DNA of 64,000 bases from Dehalococcoidia bacterium (lineage in GTDB: Bacteria; Chloroflexota; Dehalococcoidia; Lucifugimonadales; Australimonadaceae). Every line of letters starts with the position of its first letter. The first letter of the stretch is position 1. Below, piece by piece: positions 1 to 8,319 of this stretch. The notes beneath the pieces were generated by a model. It was not told the DNA's origin and searched no databases. It saw only the letters and a program-made list of their open reading frames with translations. The translations under genes and the position numbers were made by a program. The stretch spans positions 1,608,301 through 1,672,300 of the forward strand of contig CBDFJL010000003.1 of assembly GCA_965248495.1 (NCBI GenBank), written 5' to 3'.

Positions 1-1
1 T

Positions 2-1000
2 CGCTTTGCCGATGACAGCGTCATGGTGCGGATGTTCGAACGGAGGCTTGAGAACCCAAGCCTCGACCCCGGCCTAAAGAAGCCCGAGAATTGGCCCGCT
101 GGTCTCGCCGCGGAGTATGGCGCCGACCATGGGGTCAGCAGTGCCCGCAGTCATAGAGAAAAGGTGGGTACGGCGTTTCGCGAGCTCCGCAAGGCGATCG
201 ACGATTTCAAACCCGACATCGTCTTGATCTGGAGTAAGGAGCAGCTCGAGAACTTCGCCGAGGACTGCATGCCGCCGTTCTGTATCTACGCCTATGACGA
301 GATGGAGTTCCGGCCCCACGAGCGGTACAAGAGCCAGGACGTCGGAGAGACCATCTGGGGCGAGAGCCTGGACGCCACCGTCAAGATCGAAGGGCACCGA
401 TTAGCGGCCAAGTACCTCACCACCAAGCTAATGGAGCAAAACTTCGACATGGCCTACGCGTACAAACCCTTGCATGTGGCCACGTTGGCGCACACGTTCG
501 AGGGCCTGCTGACGCATCTCGACTGGGACCGTAAGGGCTTCCCCTACCCCGTGGTGCCGTTCTACGTCAACGCGTACGGACACTGGCACCTCACGAACAA
601 AGGATTCTCTCGGGAGGGTGAGCTGAACCCTCCTGCGCCGTCACCGCAGCGATGCTTCGAGTTGGGCCGGGCCACGGCCCGAATCCTGCGGGACAGCCCG
701 TGGCGCGTGGCGATCATCGCCGGCTCGAGCTGGTCGCACGCTCACGTCACGCCCATGAATGACTTTCTGTACCCAGATGTTGAAGGAGACCGAAGGCTGT
801 TCCAAGCCCTGGAAGCCGCGGACTATCTATCTTGGGGACAACTCGAACTGGAGGACATGGTCCGGTCGGGCCGGCAAGAGGTCCTGAGTTGGGTGGCGCT
901 TGCCGGCGCGATGGAAGAGCTTCAGCTACGACCGAAGTATCTGGATTTCAGCGAGACTTGGATCTTCAATTCGACCAAAGTGACCGCGGTCTTCCAGTAG
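2..1000 (+). CDS. LigB-superfamily (class III extradiol dioxygenase subunit B-like) protein, 5' end cut by the window edge
   Basis: The frame stays open to the window edge (codons from nt 2 read RFADDSVMVRMF...). This aligns with about residue 20 onward of the paralog at 5095..6120. Blocks DFKPDIVLIW, HTFEGLLTHLDWD, GSSWSHAH and EVLSWVALAGAM align by eye with remembered LigB blocks PDVVILVYNDH, DVDHG, GGMSHQ and GVELVMW. Confidence 0.7.
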   Translation, partial: RFADDSVMVRMFERRLENPSLDPGLKKPENWPAGLAAEYGADHGVSSARSHREKVGTAFRELRKAIDDFKPDIVLIWSKEQLENFAEDCMPPFCIYAYDEMEFRPHERYKSQDVGETIWGESLDATVKIEGHRLAAKYLTTKLMEQNFDMAYAYKPLHVATLAHTFEGLLTHLDWDRKGFPYPVVPFYVNAYGHWHLTNKGFSREGELNPPAPSPQRCFELGRATARILRDSPWRVAIIAGSSWSHAHVTPMNDFLYPDVEGDRRLFQALEAADYLSWGQLELEDMVRSGRQEVLSWVALAGAMEELQLRPKYLDFSETWIFNSTKVTAVFQ

Positions 1001-1031
1001 CGACTCCAAGAAGGCCTAGAAGGGACTGGCG

Positions 1032-1424
1032 ATGAGAATAGAGTTGACGTTGCCCCGCTGGTTGCTGTTGCTCAGCTCCCCCATCATCATCGGACTGGGA
1101 ATTGCCGGCTTCTTCTCTGCATGGGGTACCGATGACCCGGCTACTTTGGACGGCTCGAAGGCGATCGCGTTACTGGTGCTGGGTGCCTTCGTCCTCTGGG
1201 TTGGTGTGTCGTGGTCCTATGACGTCCGCAAGACCGTCACGAGCATCTTGGGAATCATCCTCGTGGTCGCAGGAGCGGTTGGCGCCATCTGGGGAGGACA
1301 GGATTCATCCAACTTGGGTATCACCCACATCAACAGGCCCTGGGAGGCCTCGCTCTACCTGGTCATGGGCATCGCGTACCTTATCGCGGCCAGATGGCCG
1401 CGCCCGTTCGACTACCACGATTGA
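1032..1424 (+). CDS. small ~4-TM membrane protein (possibly DUF4383-like), paralog of 7724..8221
   Basis: 130 aa and strongly hydrophobic. The C-terminal motif SSNLGITHINRPWEA...WPRPFDY is shared with the 7724..8221 product. It starts 31 nt after the LigB-like gene and is followed by a strong terminator. Confidence 0.65.
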   Translation: MRIELTLPRWLLLLSSPIIIGLGIAGFFSAWGTDDPATLDGSKAIALLVLGAFVLWVGVSWSYDVRKTVTSILGIILVVAGAVGAIWGGQDSSNLGITHINRPWEASLYLVMGIAYLIAARWPRPFDYHD

Positions 1425-1456
1425 ATGAAATAGTCCGAGCCAGGCACGGATAACTG

Positions 1457-1494
1457 AAAAGGAGGCCCGCGAGCAACTCGCGGGCCTCCTTTTC
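1457..1494. terminator. bidirectional intrinsic terminator
   Basis: Perfect 13-bp stem ggaggcccgcgag (1461-1473) / ctcgcgggcctcc (1477-1489) with loop caa. It is flanked by aaaa upstream and tttt downstream and lies between convergent genes. Confidence 0.85.
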
Positions 1495-1528
1495 CTTTTA
1501 CACGGATGCGGGAGCGGACTTCGAAGCG

Positions 1529-3301
1529 CTAGAACGAACGGAAGCGGGGCAGGACGATTCCCCGGAGGATAGCGGCCATGACCAACAGGAGGCCGACGAC
1601 GAGCACCGACAGGGCGGCGGCTTGACCCAACTCGTTCGCAGAGAGCTTGTTCCAGACGAGCACTCCAAGCACCTTGTTCTCCGTGGTGCCCAAGAAGAGT
1701 GCCAGGGTGAACTCACGAAAACCCAAGAAGAAGATGAGGATGAACCCGACCATCATGCTTGGCGCCAGCAGTGGTACGACAATGCGCCGGAAGGTCTGCA
1801 ACCAGGTGGCGCCGCTGGTCATGGACACCTCCTCAAGCGACTTGTCGAGCTGTGTGATCCCGGCCACGTTGATTCGGTAGGCGAGGGAAATCCGGAAGGC
1901 GAACACGAGTATCAACACCCAGACCGTCCCATACAAAGGAACCCATTTCGAGATAGTCAGGTAGAAAATCAAGAACGAAAACCCGGCGATCACGCTCGGA
2001 ATCGCGACGGAGGAGGAGGCGACTAGGTCCAGGACCCGCTTGCCCCGCATATGGCTCCGGACAACGATCCACGCAACGGTCGCGGAAACCACCGCGACGA
2101 TGGTCGCGGCCCCGAAGGCGACTACGAACGTGTTCCGGAGGGCTGGCAAGAAGTCTCCCTGGGAGAGCACGGTCCGGTAGGACTCGAGGCTCACCGTGCC
2201 CAACGCTTCGAAGGATGGTGCCGCGAACCTGTCCAGCAGACTTGCCCACACTAAGATCGAGAACGGGGCCACCACCTGGAAGAATGCATAGAGGCCGATG
2301 AATCCATAGGCTGGGTAGGCCCACCTTCCCAACCGCATGCGCTGGGGCCGGTATCCCTTGCCGGTTACCGTTGCGAACCGGTTGGCCTGGCCTGTAACGC
2401 GCGAGTAGAAGTAGAAGAGCATGAAGGTGAAGGCCAGGAAGCTAAAGGAATACGCTGCTACCTCACCGTACCGCGGGAAGTCTCCAACAGGATTCAGCGC
2501 GAAGAATACGTTAGACGCGAATACCTGACGTCCAGCGCCGAGCCCAAGCACTAGCGGCACCTCGAAGGACTCAATGGCGAAGATCATCATAAGGATGAGG
2601 ACGCTCAAGATACTCGGCCTCAGGATAGGCAGAGTCACGCGCCGAATGGTGGTAAGGGTGCTCGCACCCGAAGCGGCACTCGCCTCTTCAAGTCCCGAGT
2701 CCATGCTTCGCAGCGATGCACTCATGAGGAGGAACGCCAACGTCGACATCCCGAGCCCCTGTACCCAGATCATGGCGTAGGTTGTGAATACGTCGAAGGG
2801 ACCGCTGTCAGCGAAAGGCGTGACGGCCCGGATAGCGACGTTGAGGAGACCGTTGTTCTCGCCCAAGAGGAAGATCCACGCCAACGCCGTCACGATACCC
2901 GGCATCATGATGGGAACCAGAGCGAGAACGTAGATGCCGGTGCGGTAACGCAGCTGCGTTCGTTCGACAAGCCAGGCCAGAGTAATCCCAATGGTGAACC
3001 CCACCGCCACCGATCCTATGGCAAAGATGCCAGTGTCCCAGAAGACGGTGAGGGCGCTTGCCTTACTGTAGGCCGTTGGGAAGTTTGTGAGACTGAAGCC
3101 CGACTGTGCTTCGAAAGGCAGGTAGTCGGGGGGTCCACGGAACGCGGTAAAGACGTTGGTCAGTAACGGGATGCCAATGAGATAAAGGACGATAACGACT
3201 GCGAGGGTCATCAGCAGCACGTCCGCGCTGAGGCGACCGGACAGCCGAATCTGGCGAATCCTTGACCACTTCAGTGCAGGCAATGCGTACATAAATCTCA
3301 A
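1529..3301 (-). CDS. ABC importer permease, fused two-domain type (FbpB/ThiP-like)
   Basis: 590 aa with about 12 TM segments. Two EAA-type loops are present: LEEASAASGASTLTTIRRVTLPILRPS and LEEVSMTSGATWLQTFRRIVVPLLAPS. It lies directly downstream of a binding-protein gene. Confidence 0.85.
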   Translation of the reverse strand: MRFMYALPALKWSRIRQIRLSGRLSADVLLMTLAVVIVLYLIGIPLLTNVFTAFRGPPDYLPFEAQSGFSLTNFPTAYSKASALTVFWDTGIFAIGSVAVGFTIGITLAWLVERTQLRYRTGIYVLALVPIMMPGIVTALAWIFLLGENNGLLNVAIRAVTPFADSGPFDVFTTYAMIWVQGLGMSTLAFLLMSASLRSMDSGLEEASAASGASTLTTIRRVTLPILRPSILSVLILMMIFAIESFEVPLVLGLGAGRQVFASNVFFALNPVGDFPRYGEVAAYSFSFLAFTFMLFYFYSRVTGQANRFATVTGKGYRPQRMRLGRWAYPAYGFIGLYAFFQVVAPFSILVWASLLDRFAAPSFEALGTVSLESYRTVLSQGDFLPALRNTFVVAFGAATIVAVVSATVAWIVVRSHMRGKRVLDLVASSSVAIPSVIAGFSFLIFYLTISKWVPLYGTVWVLILVFAFRISLAYRINVAGITQLDKSLEEVSMTSGATWLQTFRRIVVPLLAPSMMVGFILIFFLGFREFTLALFLGTTENKVLGVLVWNKLSANELGQAAALSVLVVGLLLVMAAILRGIVLPRFRSF

Positions 3302-3431
3302 GCCGGCCGCGCGTTAGGCTTCGCGGTCAAACTGGGCGACCGCAATGCCGCAACATTCGCCAATCGTGGCGGCGGCCCGGCTTCACGATGGTCGTGCCGC
3401 AGGACCGCCGCCTCCGTCTTTCTTGTCTGCC

Positions 3432-4577
3432 TTACTGGCCGAGGACGAACTCTCGGATCTTGGCCGCCATACTCGATCGCTCTTTCCAGTTCGCGTCGCT
3501 CTCAAAGACGAACGTCTGCCCGGAAGCATCCATCTGGTCCCTAATTTCATTGTCCTGGTCAGCTCCAACTCGAATGGAGGCACTCTCCTCCCACGTGGCT
3601 GCTTGGCCGTCTGGTGAGCCAAGCCAGTGATTGAAGAGTCGAGCCACGTTGGGGTGTGGTGCGTCCCTCGTGATCGGCATACCGACCCGTGCCACGCCGT
3701 GTTCTCCGGCAAAGAAATAGTCGACAGGCGCTCCGTCTCGCCCCGATTGGATCGCACTGCCCAGAGAGCCGAAGAATAGGAGCTCTTTCTCCCCTGTCTC
3801 GAGGAGCTCGACGTACGCGTTGCTCAGCGTCAGATCCGCTTCTTCCGCGATCCGCTTAGCAAGCTGTTGGGCCTCTTCTAGCCCCCGTTCAAGGGCGACG
3901 AAGCCGAAGCCGAAGAAGTAGAGGAATGGGCTGGCAGCGATCTTGCCCTTCCACCTCGGGTCCAGGAAATCCTCAAAGCTCTGGGGTAGGTCACTGGCGT
4001 CGACCAGGTCTGTGTTGTACTCGTGGGCATACACAAAGTCCGAGTAGACCGGCAGGCAGCCGCCCCCCATGACGTACTCCCCGGTGAAGCCCAGCAGATC
4101 CCAATCTACATCGCCAGAGCACGCCAGATAACCCCTGTCGATTAAGCTCGAGGCCACGCCGGCAGAGGCCGTCAAGATGTCTGACGTCACCTTGTTTGCT
4201 TGGTACTCGGCAATGATCTTCGTCGGCCGTTCAGGCGTCGTGGCGGTCTGGATATTGATCTTTATACCAGGGAACTTGTCAGCGAACGGGCCCTCGGCCA
4301 GATTCCGCATGGCGTCACCCTGGGTCAGGATGGTCAGCTCCCCTTCGGCCTTAGCCTTCTCGTAGAGCTCGGCGATCCTGTCGGCACTGGTCGGGGCGGG
4401 CACACTAGTCGCTGTGGGCGCCGGCCCTGAGTCCGCGGGAGTGGTCGGCGTAGCCGTAGGCTGTGGGGCTGGGCTAGTCGGTGTCGGGTCTGAGCCTCCA
4501 CAGGAGGCCAGCACGAGGAGCCCTATCGCGACGAGCACCATTATCCAAAGAGGTCGGAAGCCATTGAGGCTGCGCAT
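3432..4577 (-). CDS. ABC transporter substrate-binding lipoprotein
   Basis: Signal peptide plus lipobox (LLVLASCGG), then a Pro/Thr/Ala-rich linker and a periplasmic-binding-protein-like body. I chose the start at ATG 4577 (MRSLNGF) because GGGGAG lies 6 nt upstream. The track ORF extends to 4628. Confidence 0.75.
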   Translation of the reverse strand: MRSLNGFRPLWIMVLVAIGLLVLASCGGSDPTPTSPAPQPTATPTTPADSGPAPTATSVPAPTSADRIAELYEKAKAEGELTILTQGDAMRNLAEGPFADKFPGIKINIQTATTPERPTKIIAEYQANKVTSDILTASAGVASSLIDRGYLACSGDVDWDLLGFTGEYVMGGGCLPVYSDFVYAHEYNTDLVDASDLPQSFEDFLDPRWKGKIAASPFLYFFGFGFVALERGLEEAQQLAKRIAEEADLTLSNAYVELLETGEKELLFFGSLGSAIQSGRDGAPVDYFFAGEHGVARVGMPITRDAPHPNVARLFNHWLGSPDGQAATWEESASIRVGADQDNEIRDQMDASGQTFVFESDANWKERSSMAAKIREFVLGQ

Positions 4578-4623
4578 TGTCATCTCCCCTTGTCCGGGCG
4601 TGCGCTCGGACACGAATGGGGAG

Positions 4624-4653
4624 AACATAGATGCGACGGCTTTACGGTGTCAA
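4624..4653 (-). promoter_or_regulatory. candidate sigma-70 promoter of the ABC importer operon
   Basis: On the minus strand: TTGACA (4653-4648), 18-nt spacer, TATGTT (4629-4624). This sits about 45 nt upstream of the 4577 start, and an AT-rich tract (4690-4745) lies just upstream. Confidence 0.45.
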
Positions 4654-5094
4654 GCGGCGCTGGAATTACGACATACCGCGATGGGCCCTAAAAGTGTGTT
4701 CGATTTCACAACTAATTTCCTTCACGATCAAATTTCGATGAGCCATGCGCAGCGGGCACCGCGGTTCGTCGCTGGTAGCGACCGTGAGTACATCAGGGCG
4801 ACGGCACGTATACCGGCGAACGCTACGCGCGCTTGCCCTTGATCGCGTCGTGCGGCCTCTCCAAACGCCTGAGCCAGTTCAGCGTCCTGGAAGACGCTCG
4901 TGAAATCGTGGGCAGGCAGGGGGCAAGCAGCAATGCGAGCCATTGGGAGGTGCCACGGGGCCGAACCACCTCTGTTTCCGGGCGTTCAGCGCTCGATTAG
5001 ACAAGCGCCAGGGCGTGGTCTATCGTCCCCATGGTGCCATCGGCGCTGGAATCGGCTACGAGTTCGGCTAAGAATTACGAATAAGGAGGACAAC

Positions 5095-6120
5095 GTGGCT
5101 GAGATCTTAGGTTTGGCAACCACTGATTTCCCATTCTTACGCGCAGCAGACGGCAACATGACGGGGGTACTGAAGGGCGCCTTAGCCCGTGGGGTCCACT
5201 ACACGACTGAGACGAAGGATCCGGCCAACTGGCCCGAGCAGATGCGCCGCGAGTGGGGAGATGACGAAGGGCTAGCGGTCGGCAAAGAGAAGCGCGCAAA
5301 GCAGATCGAGCAGTTCCGTAAGCTGCGAGCAGCCCTCGACGAGTTCAAGCCCGACTTCATACTCATGTGGTCGAAGGACAACCGAGAGAGTCTGGGGAAC
5401 GGTTCCCTACCACCCTTTTGGATTCAGGCTCACACCAGCACCGAGGTCAAGCCCGGACTCTCTTTCTTTGGAGAGGACCCGGACAAGGTTGTCACGATCA
5501 AGGGACACCAAGAAGGAGCGTTCTACCTGATCAATGGCCTGCAGGAGACGGGCTTTGACGTCACCTATTCTCTAGAACCCAAACACGCCAATGGTCTCGC
5601 GCACACCTTCGTAGGAATTCTCACCCACCTGGACTGGGACAAGCATGAGTACGCCATTCCCGCAGTCCCCGTCTCCATCAACCCGTTCGCGAATCGAGAG
5701 CGAGGAGGGGACGGGTTGTCGCCCATCAACCCCACGGACCCATGGCCTCTGTCACCGAAACGGGCATTCGATCTGGGACGGGCCACAGCTCGCGTTCTCA
5801 GAGCCAGCCCATGGCGCGTAGCCCTGGTAGCCGGGGTGGGCTGGTCCCACGCCCAAAACACCAGCTGGGACCACCAATGGGTCCACCCCGACATTGAATC
5901 GGACCGGCGCTTTCACGAGCAGTGGAAGAGCAACCAGTTCGACAAGTGGGGCGAGATCACTTACAAGGAGCTCGAAGACACGGCGAACTGGGAGTTGCTG
6001 AACTTCATCTGCCTAGCCGGCGCCATGACTGAGCTCGGGGCAAAGGTCGTTCACAGCGACATGCAGGAGAACTGGGCGTTTAACTCCAACTGGGTCAATA
6101 CGATCTTCTCCGTGGCGTAA
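5095..6120 (+). CDS. LigB-superfamily (class III extradiol dioxygenase subunit B-like) protein
   Basis: GTG start at 5095 is preceded by AAGGAGG (5083-5089). The track ORF from 4900 is an unsupported N-terminal extension. It is a paralog of 2..1000 and has blocks GLAHTFVGILTHLDWD, GVGWSHAQ and NWELLNFICLAGAM. Confidence 0.7.
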   Translation: MAEILGLATTDFPFLRAADGNMTGVLKGALARGVHYTTETKDPANWPEQMRREWGDDEGLAVGKEKRAKQIEQFRKLRAALDEFKPDFILMWSKDNRESLGNGSLPPFWIQAHTSTEVKPGLSFFGEDPDKVVTIKGHQEGAFYLINGLQETGFDVTYSLEPKHANGLAHTFVGILTHLDWDKHEYAIPAVPVSINPFANRERGGDGLSPINPTDPWPLSPKRAFDLGRATARVLRASPWRVALVAGVGWSHAQNTSWDHQWVHPDIESDRRFHEQWKSNQFDKWGEITYKELEDTANWELLNFICLAGAMTELGAKVVHSDMQENWAFNSNWVNTIFSVA

Positions 6121-6301
6121 TCCTATGCGACCCGTGGTCGTGTCCACGGCTGCCCAGGCGCCCTCGACCTTGTGGTGCTCCGCGGCGCCCTTTAGCGCTT
6201 AGTCGGGGTTGGTGTCGTGCGAGCGATGCCGCCCTCCTAACCCAGCGCTCAACGAGGAGCACCCGACGAGATTCGCCAGGTGAAGAGCAGCCGGCGGCGA
6301 T

Positions 6302-6330
6302 TTGGCCACCTGCGGGTGTCGTGATACGAT
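6302..6330 (+). promoter_or_regulatory. candidate promoter of the Rieske oxygenase gene
   Basis: TTGGCC (6302-6307), 17-nt spacer, TACGAT (6325-6330). AAGGAGG follows at 6354-6360 and the ATG at 6366. Confidence 0.3.
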
Positions 6331-6365
6331 TCGCCCAGGTCTAGCCTGTCAGACAAGGAGGCACC

Positions 6366-7718
6366 ATGGCTGGTAACGGTGTCCACACAGAAGAAGCGCG
6401 CAGCAACGTAACGCTGGCCAACGCCTACAAGGGCGGTGTGTTCGACCTCGTCCCGAGGCTCGGGTATCGAGAGTATTGGCACCCCGGCATTCTCGTAGCC
6501 GACGTTGGCCGAAAGCCGGTGTCGCTCAAGATGTTGGGTGACGACATCGTGTTCTTCCGTGACGAGCATGGTGGTGTCGCTGCGCTGACCGACTACTGCC
6601 CCCACCGCGGTGCGCGCCTATCAGGCGGCTGGAGAGTCACACCGGGAGGAGGTGCGGCACCCGGGAAGATGAACAACGAGTTCAAGGGGTTCATCACCTG
6701 CCCTTACCACGGGTTCACCTACAACAGCACCGGGCAATGTGTCGCGGCGCTCACCGACGGACCGGAGTCACGACTGCAACCGGTGCTCCGGGCTCGCCAC
6801 TACCCCACGCAGGTACACCGAGGGGTGGTCTGGGTCTGGATGGGCGAGACCGAACCGGTCCCCTTGGAAGAGGATGTCCCTGACTATTTCTGGGACGACG
6901 ATGTCATCGACAAGATCAATATCCGGGTCTGGCCGATGAACTGGACCCTAACCGTAGAGAACTCACAGGACTCTCACGAAGGCAAAGTTCACCGGGGGAG
7001 TCTTCGAAGGGTGTGGTCGCTTGGCCTGTTCCGGAAGCAGGGTGCGTTCTGGGGAGGAGCCAGGGTCGTCGAAGAGGGGAAGAACTACGTCTACGTTGTT
7101 CCTATTGGCGCGGGGCAAACGGCTGCCTCGCGAACCCCTCAGGCCTTCTACCCTGTCCTCGGGAAGGTGTGGCCGAGGCATATTTGGTGGCGTCGTTTGG
7201 GACGTGGGGCCGGTCAACGGACGACTCGGTTTGACCCCGACCGTAAGGGCGGGATATTAAGGCTCCCTGCGATGGCCTCGCCGGGGATCCCTGCCACGAA
7301 CGTGCACCTCCGCTGGGCGGTGCCCGTAGACGAGGACTCGTGCCGGATGTGGACCTTCACGCTGACACGCCAGTCGTTCCGTACGGGGCCGTTCGGACTG
7401 TCGCGCTTCCTTGGGCGCATGTGGTGGAGGTTCATGTACAACACCTGGTATATCTATGGGTTTATCCAGGGCGTAAACGAGCTGGAAGACATGCCGATCC
7501 AAAGTATCGGGACGCTTGACCCTAACAAGCAGCAGACGATGGGCCCCTCTGACGCGGCCAATGCCTTCTGGCGACGCCGGATGCCGTTCAAGTCGCGTGA
7601 CTACGAACGCGTTTGGAGCGTCCAAGAGGCGAAAGCGGGCGAACTAGCAGCCAAGGAAGACCTCCAGCTCGAGGACGTTCAGCCCGCCACACCCGCGCCG
7701 GCCGTATCCAGGAGCTGA
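6366..7718 (+). CDS. Rieske [2Fe-2S] non-heme-iron oxygenase (alpha-subunit type; VanA/KshA/PaO-like)
   Basis: Rieske ligand motifs CPHRG and CPYHG are present. A mononuclear-iron region reads NWTLTVENSQDSHEGKVH. The RBS is good, and no reductase or ferredoxin gene is adjacent. Confidence 0.85.
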   Translation: MAGNGVHTEEARSNVTLANAYKGGVFDLVPRLGYREYWHPGILVADVGRKPVSLKMLGDDIVFFRDEHGGVAALTDYCPHRGARLSGGWRVTPGGGAAPGKMNNEFKGFITCPYHGFTYNSTGQCVAALTDGPESRLQPVLRARHYPTQVHRGVVWVWMGETEPVPLEEDVPDYFWDDDVIDKINIRVWPMNWTLTVENSQDSHEGKVHRGSLRRVWSLGLFRKQGAFWGGARVVEEGKNYVYVVPIGAGQTAASRTPQAFYPVLGKVWPRHIWWRRLGRGAGQRTTRFDPDRKGGILRLPAMASPGIPATNVHLRWAVPVDEDSCRMWTFTLTRQSFRTGPFGLSRFLGRMWWRFMYNTWYIYGFIQGVNELEDMPIQSIGTLDPNKQQTMGPSDAANAFWRRRMPFKSRDYERVWSVQEAKAGELAAKEDLQLEDVQPATPAPAVSRS

Positions 7719-7723
7719 CGCCG

Positions 7724-8221
7724 ATGTCCGGTGATTTTCTGCCGCTGATAGGCGCGCCACGCACTAAGGAAGAGGCCCAGATGGCGTGGCCTCTGCGCTA
7801 CTCCTATTGGTGGGTCCCGCGCAGAGCGCTGATGGTCGTTGGCTTCGGCATGGTGGTCGTCGGGATCGTGAGTCTGTTCCAAGAGTGGGAATCGACCGAT
7901 GCCACGATCTACATGAACACGGCAAAGTCGTCGATACTCATACCCACCGGAGCCGTTGTCTACTGGATAGGCGAGGTGTGGTCTTCATCATGGAAACGCA
8001 GCGTCGCCAGCGGGTTAGCCATCGCATACGTGGTGCTCGGACTGTTAGGAATCATCGCTGGAGACACCAGCAGTAACCTGGGCTTTACTCACATCAACCG
8101 TCCGTGGGAAGCCACGATCTGGTTAGGCCTAGGAGCCTGGACGGCCATTACTGTCTGGTGGCCGAGGCGCATGTTCGACTACCCCTGGGCTACGGGGACG
8201 TCGTCCGGCATCAAAACGTAG
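7724..8221 (+). CDS. small ~4-TM membrane protein, paralog of 1032..1424
   Basis: Shares SSNLGFTHINRPWEA...WPRRMFDY with the 1032..1424 product. ATG 7724 lies 5 nt after the Rieske stop. ATG 7781 is an alternative start, with AAGGAAGAGG upstream. The track ORF from 7613 overlaps the Rieske gene. Confidence 0.6.
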   Translation: MSGDFLPLIGAPRTKEEAQMAWPLRYSYWWVPRRALMVVGFGMVVVGIVSLFQEWESTDATIYMNTAKSSILIPTGAVVYWIGEVWSSSWKRSVASGLAIAYVVLGLLGIIAGDTSSNLGFTHINRPWEATIWLGLGAWTAITVWWPRRMFDYPWATGTSSGIKT

Positions 8222-8319
8222 CCTCGGCGCCAGTTCTCGCCGTCTAGGGTAAAGTTGCCGCAGGTCGCTCCCGCTCCGATCGCAGCCGTTGTCAAGCGGG
8301 AGCCTGAAAGGGGTGTTCG

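Noticed and set aside
4578-4760. TPP (or other) riboswitch in front of the ThiP/FbpB-like ABC importer
   Set aside because: The predicted promoter leaves a leader of only about 40 nt. The upstream sequence lacks the CUGAGA and ACCUGAUC...GG box pattern.
4728-4943. 71-aa minus-strand ORF (and a 53-aa plus-strand ORF from 4681) in the 466-nt divergent intergenic region as a possible small regulator
   Set aside because: No recognisable motif (for example no helix-turn-helix pattern I could identify), no RBS, and only moderate GC3. Left unannotated.
4663-5080. Repeated 9-mer GAATTACGA at 4663 and 5072 as a shared operator of the divergent promoters
   Set aside because: The expected number of chance 9-mer matches within a ~470-nt region is about 0.4, so this is not significant on its own.
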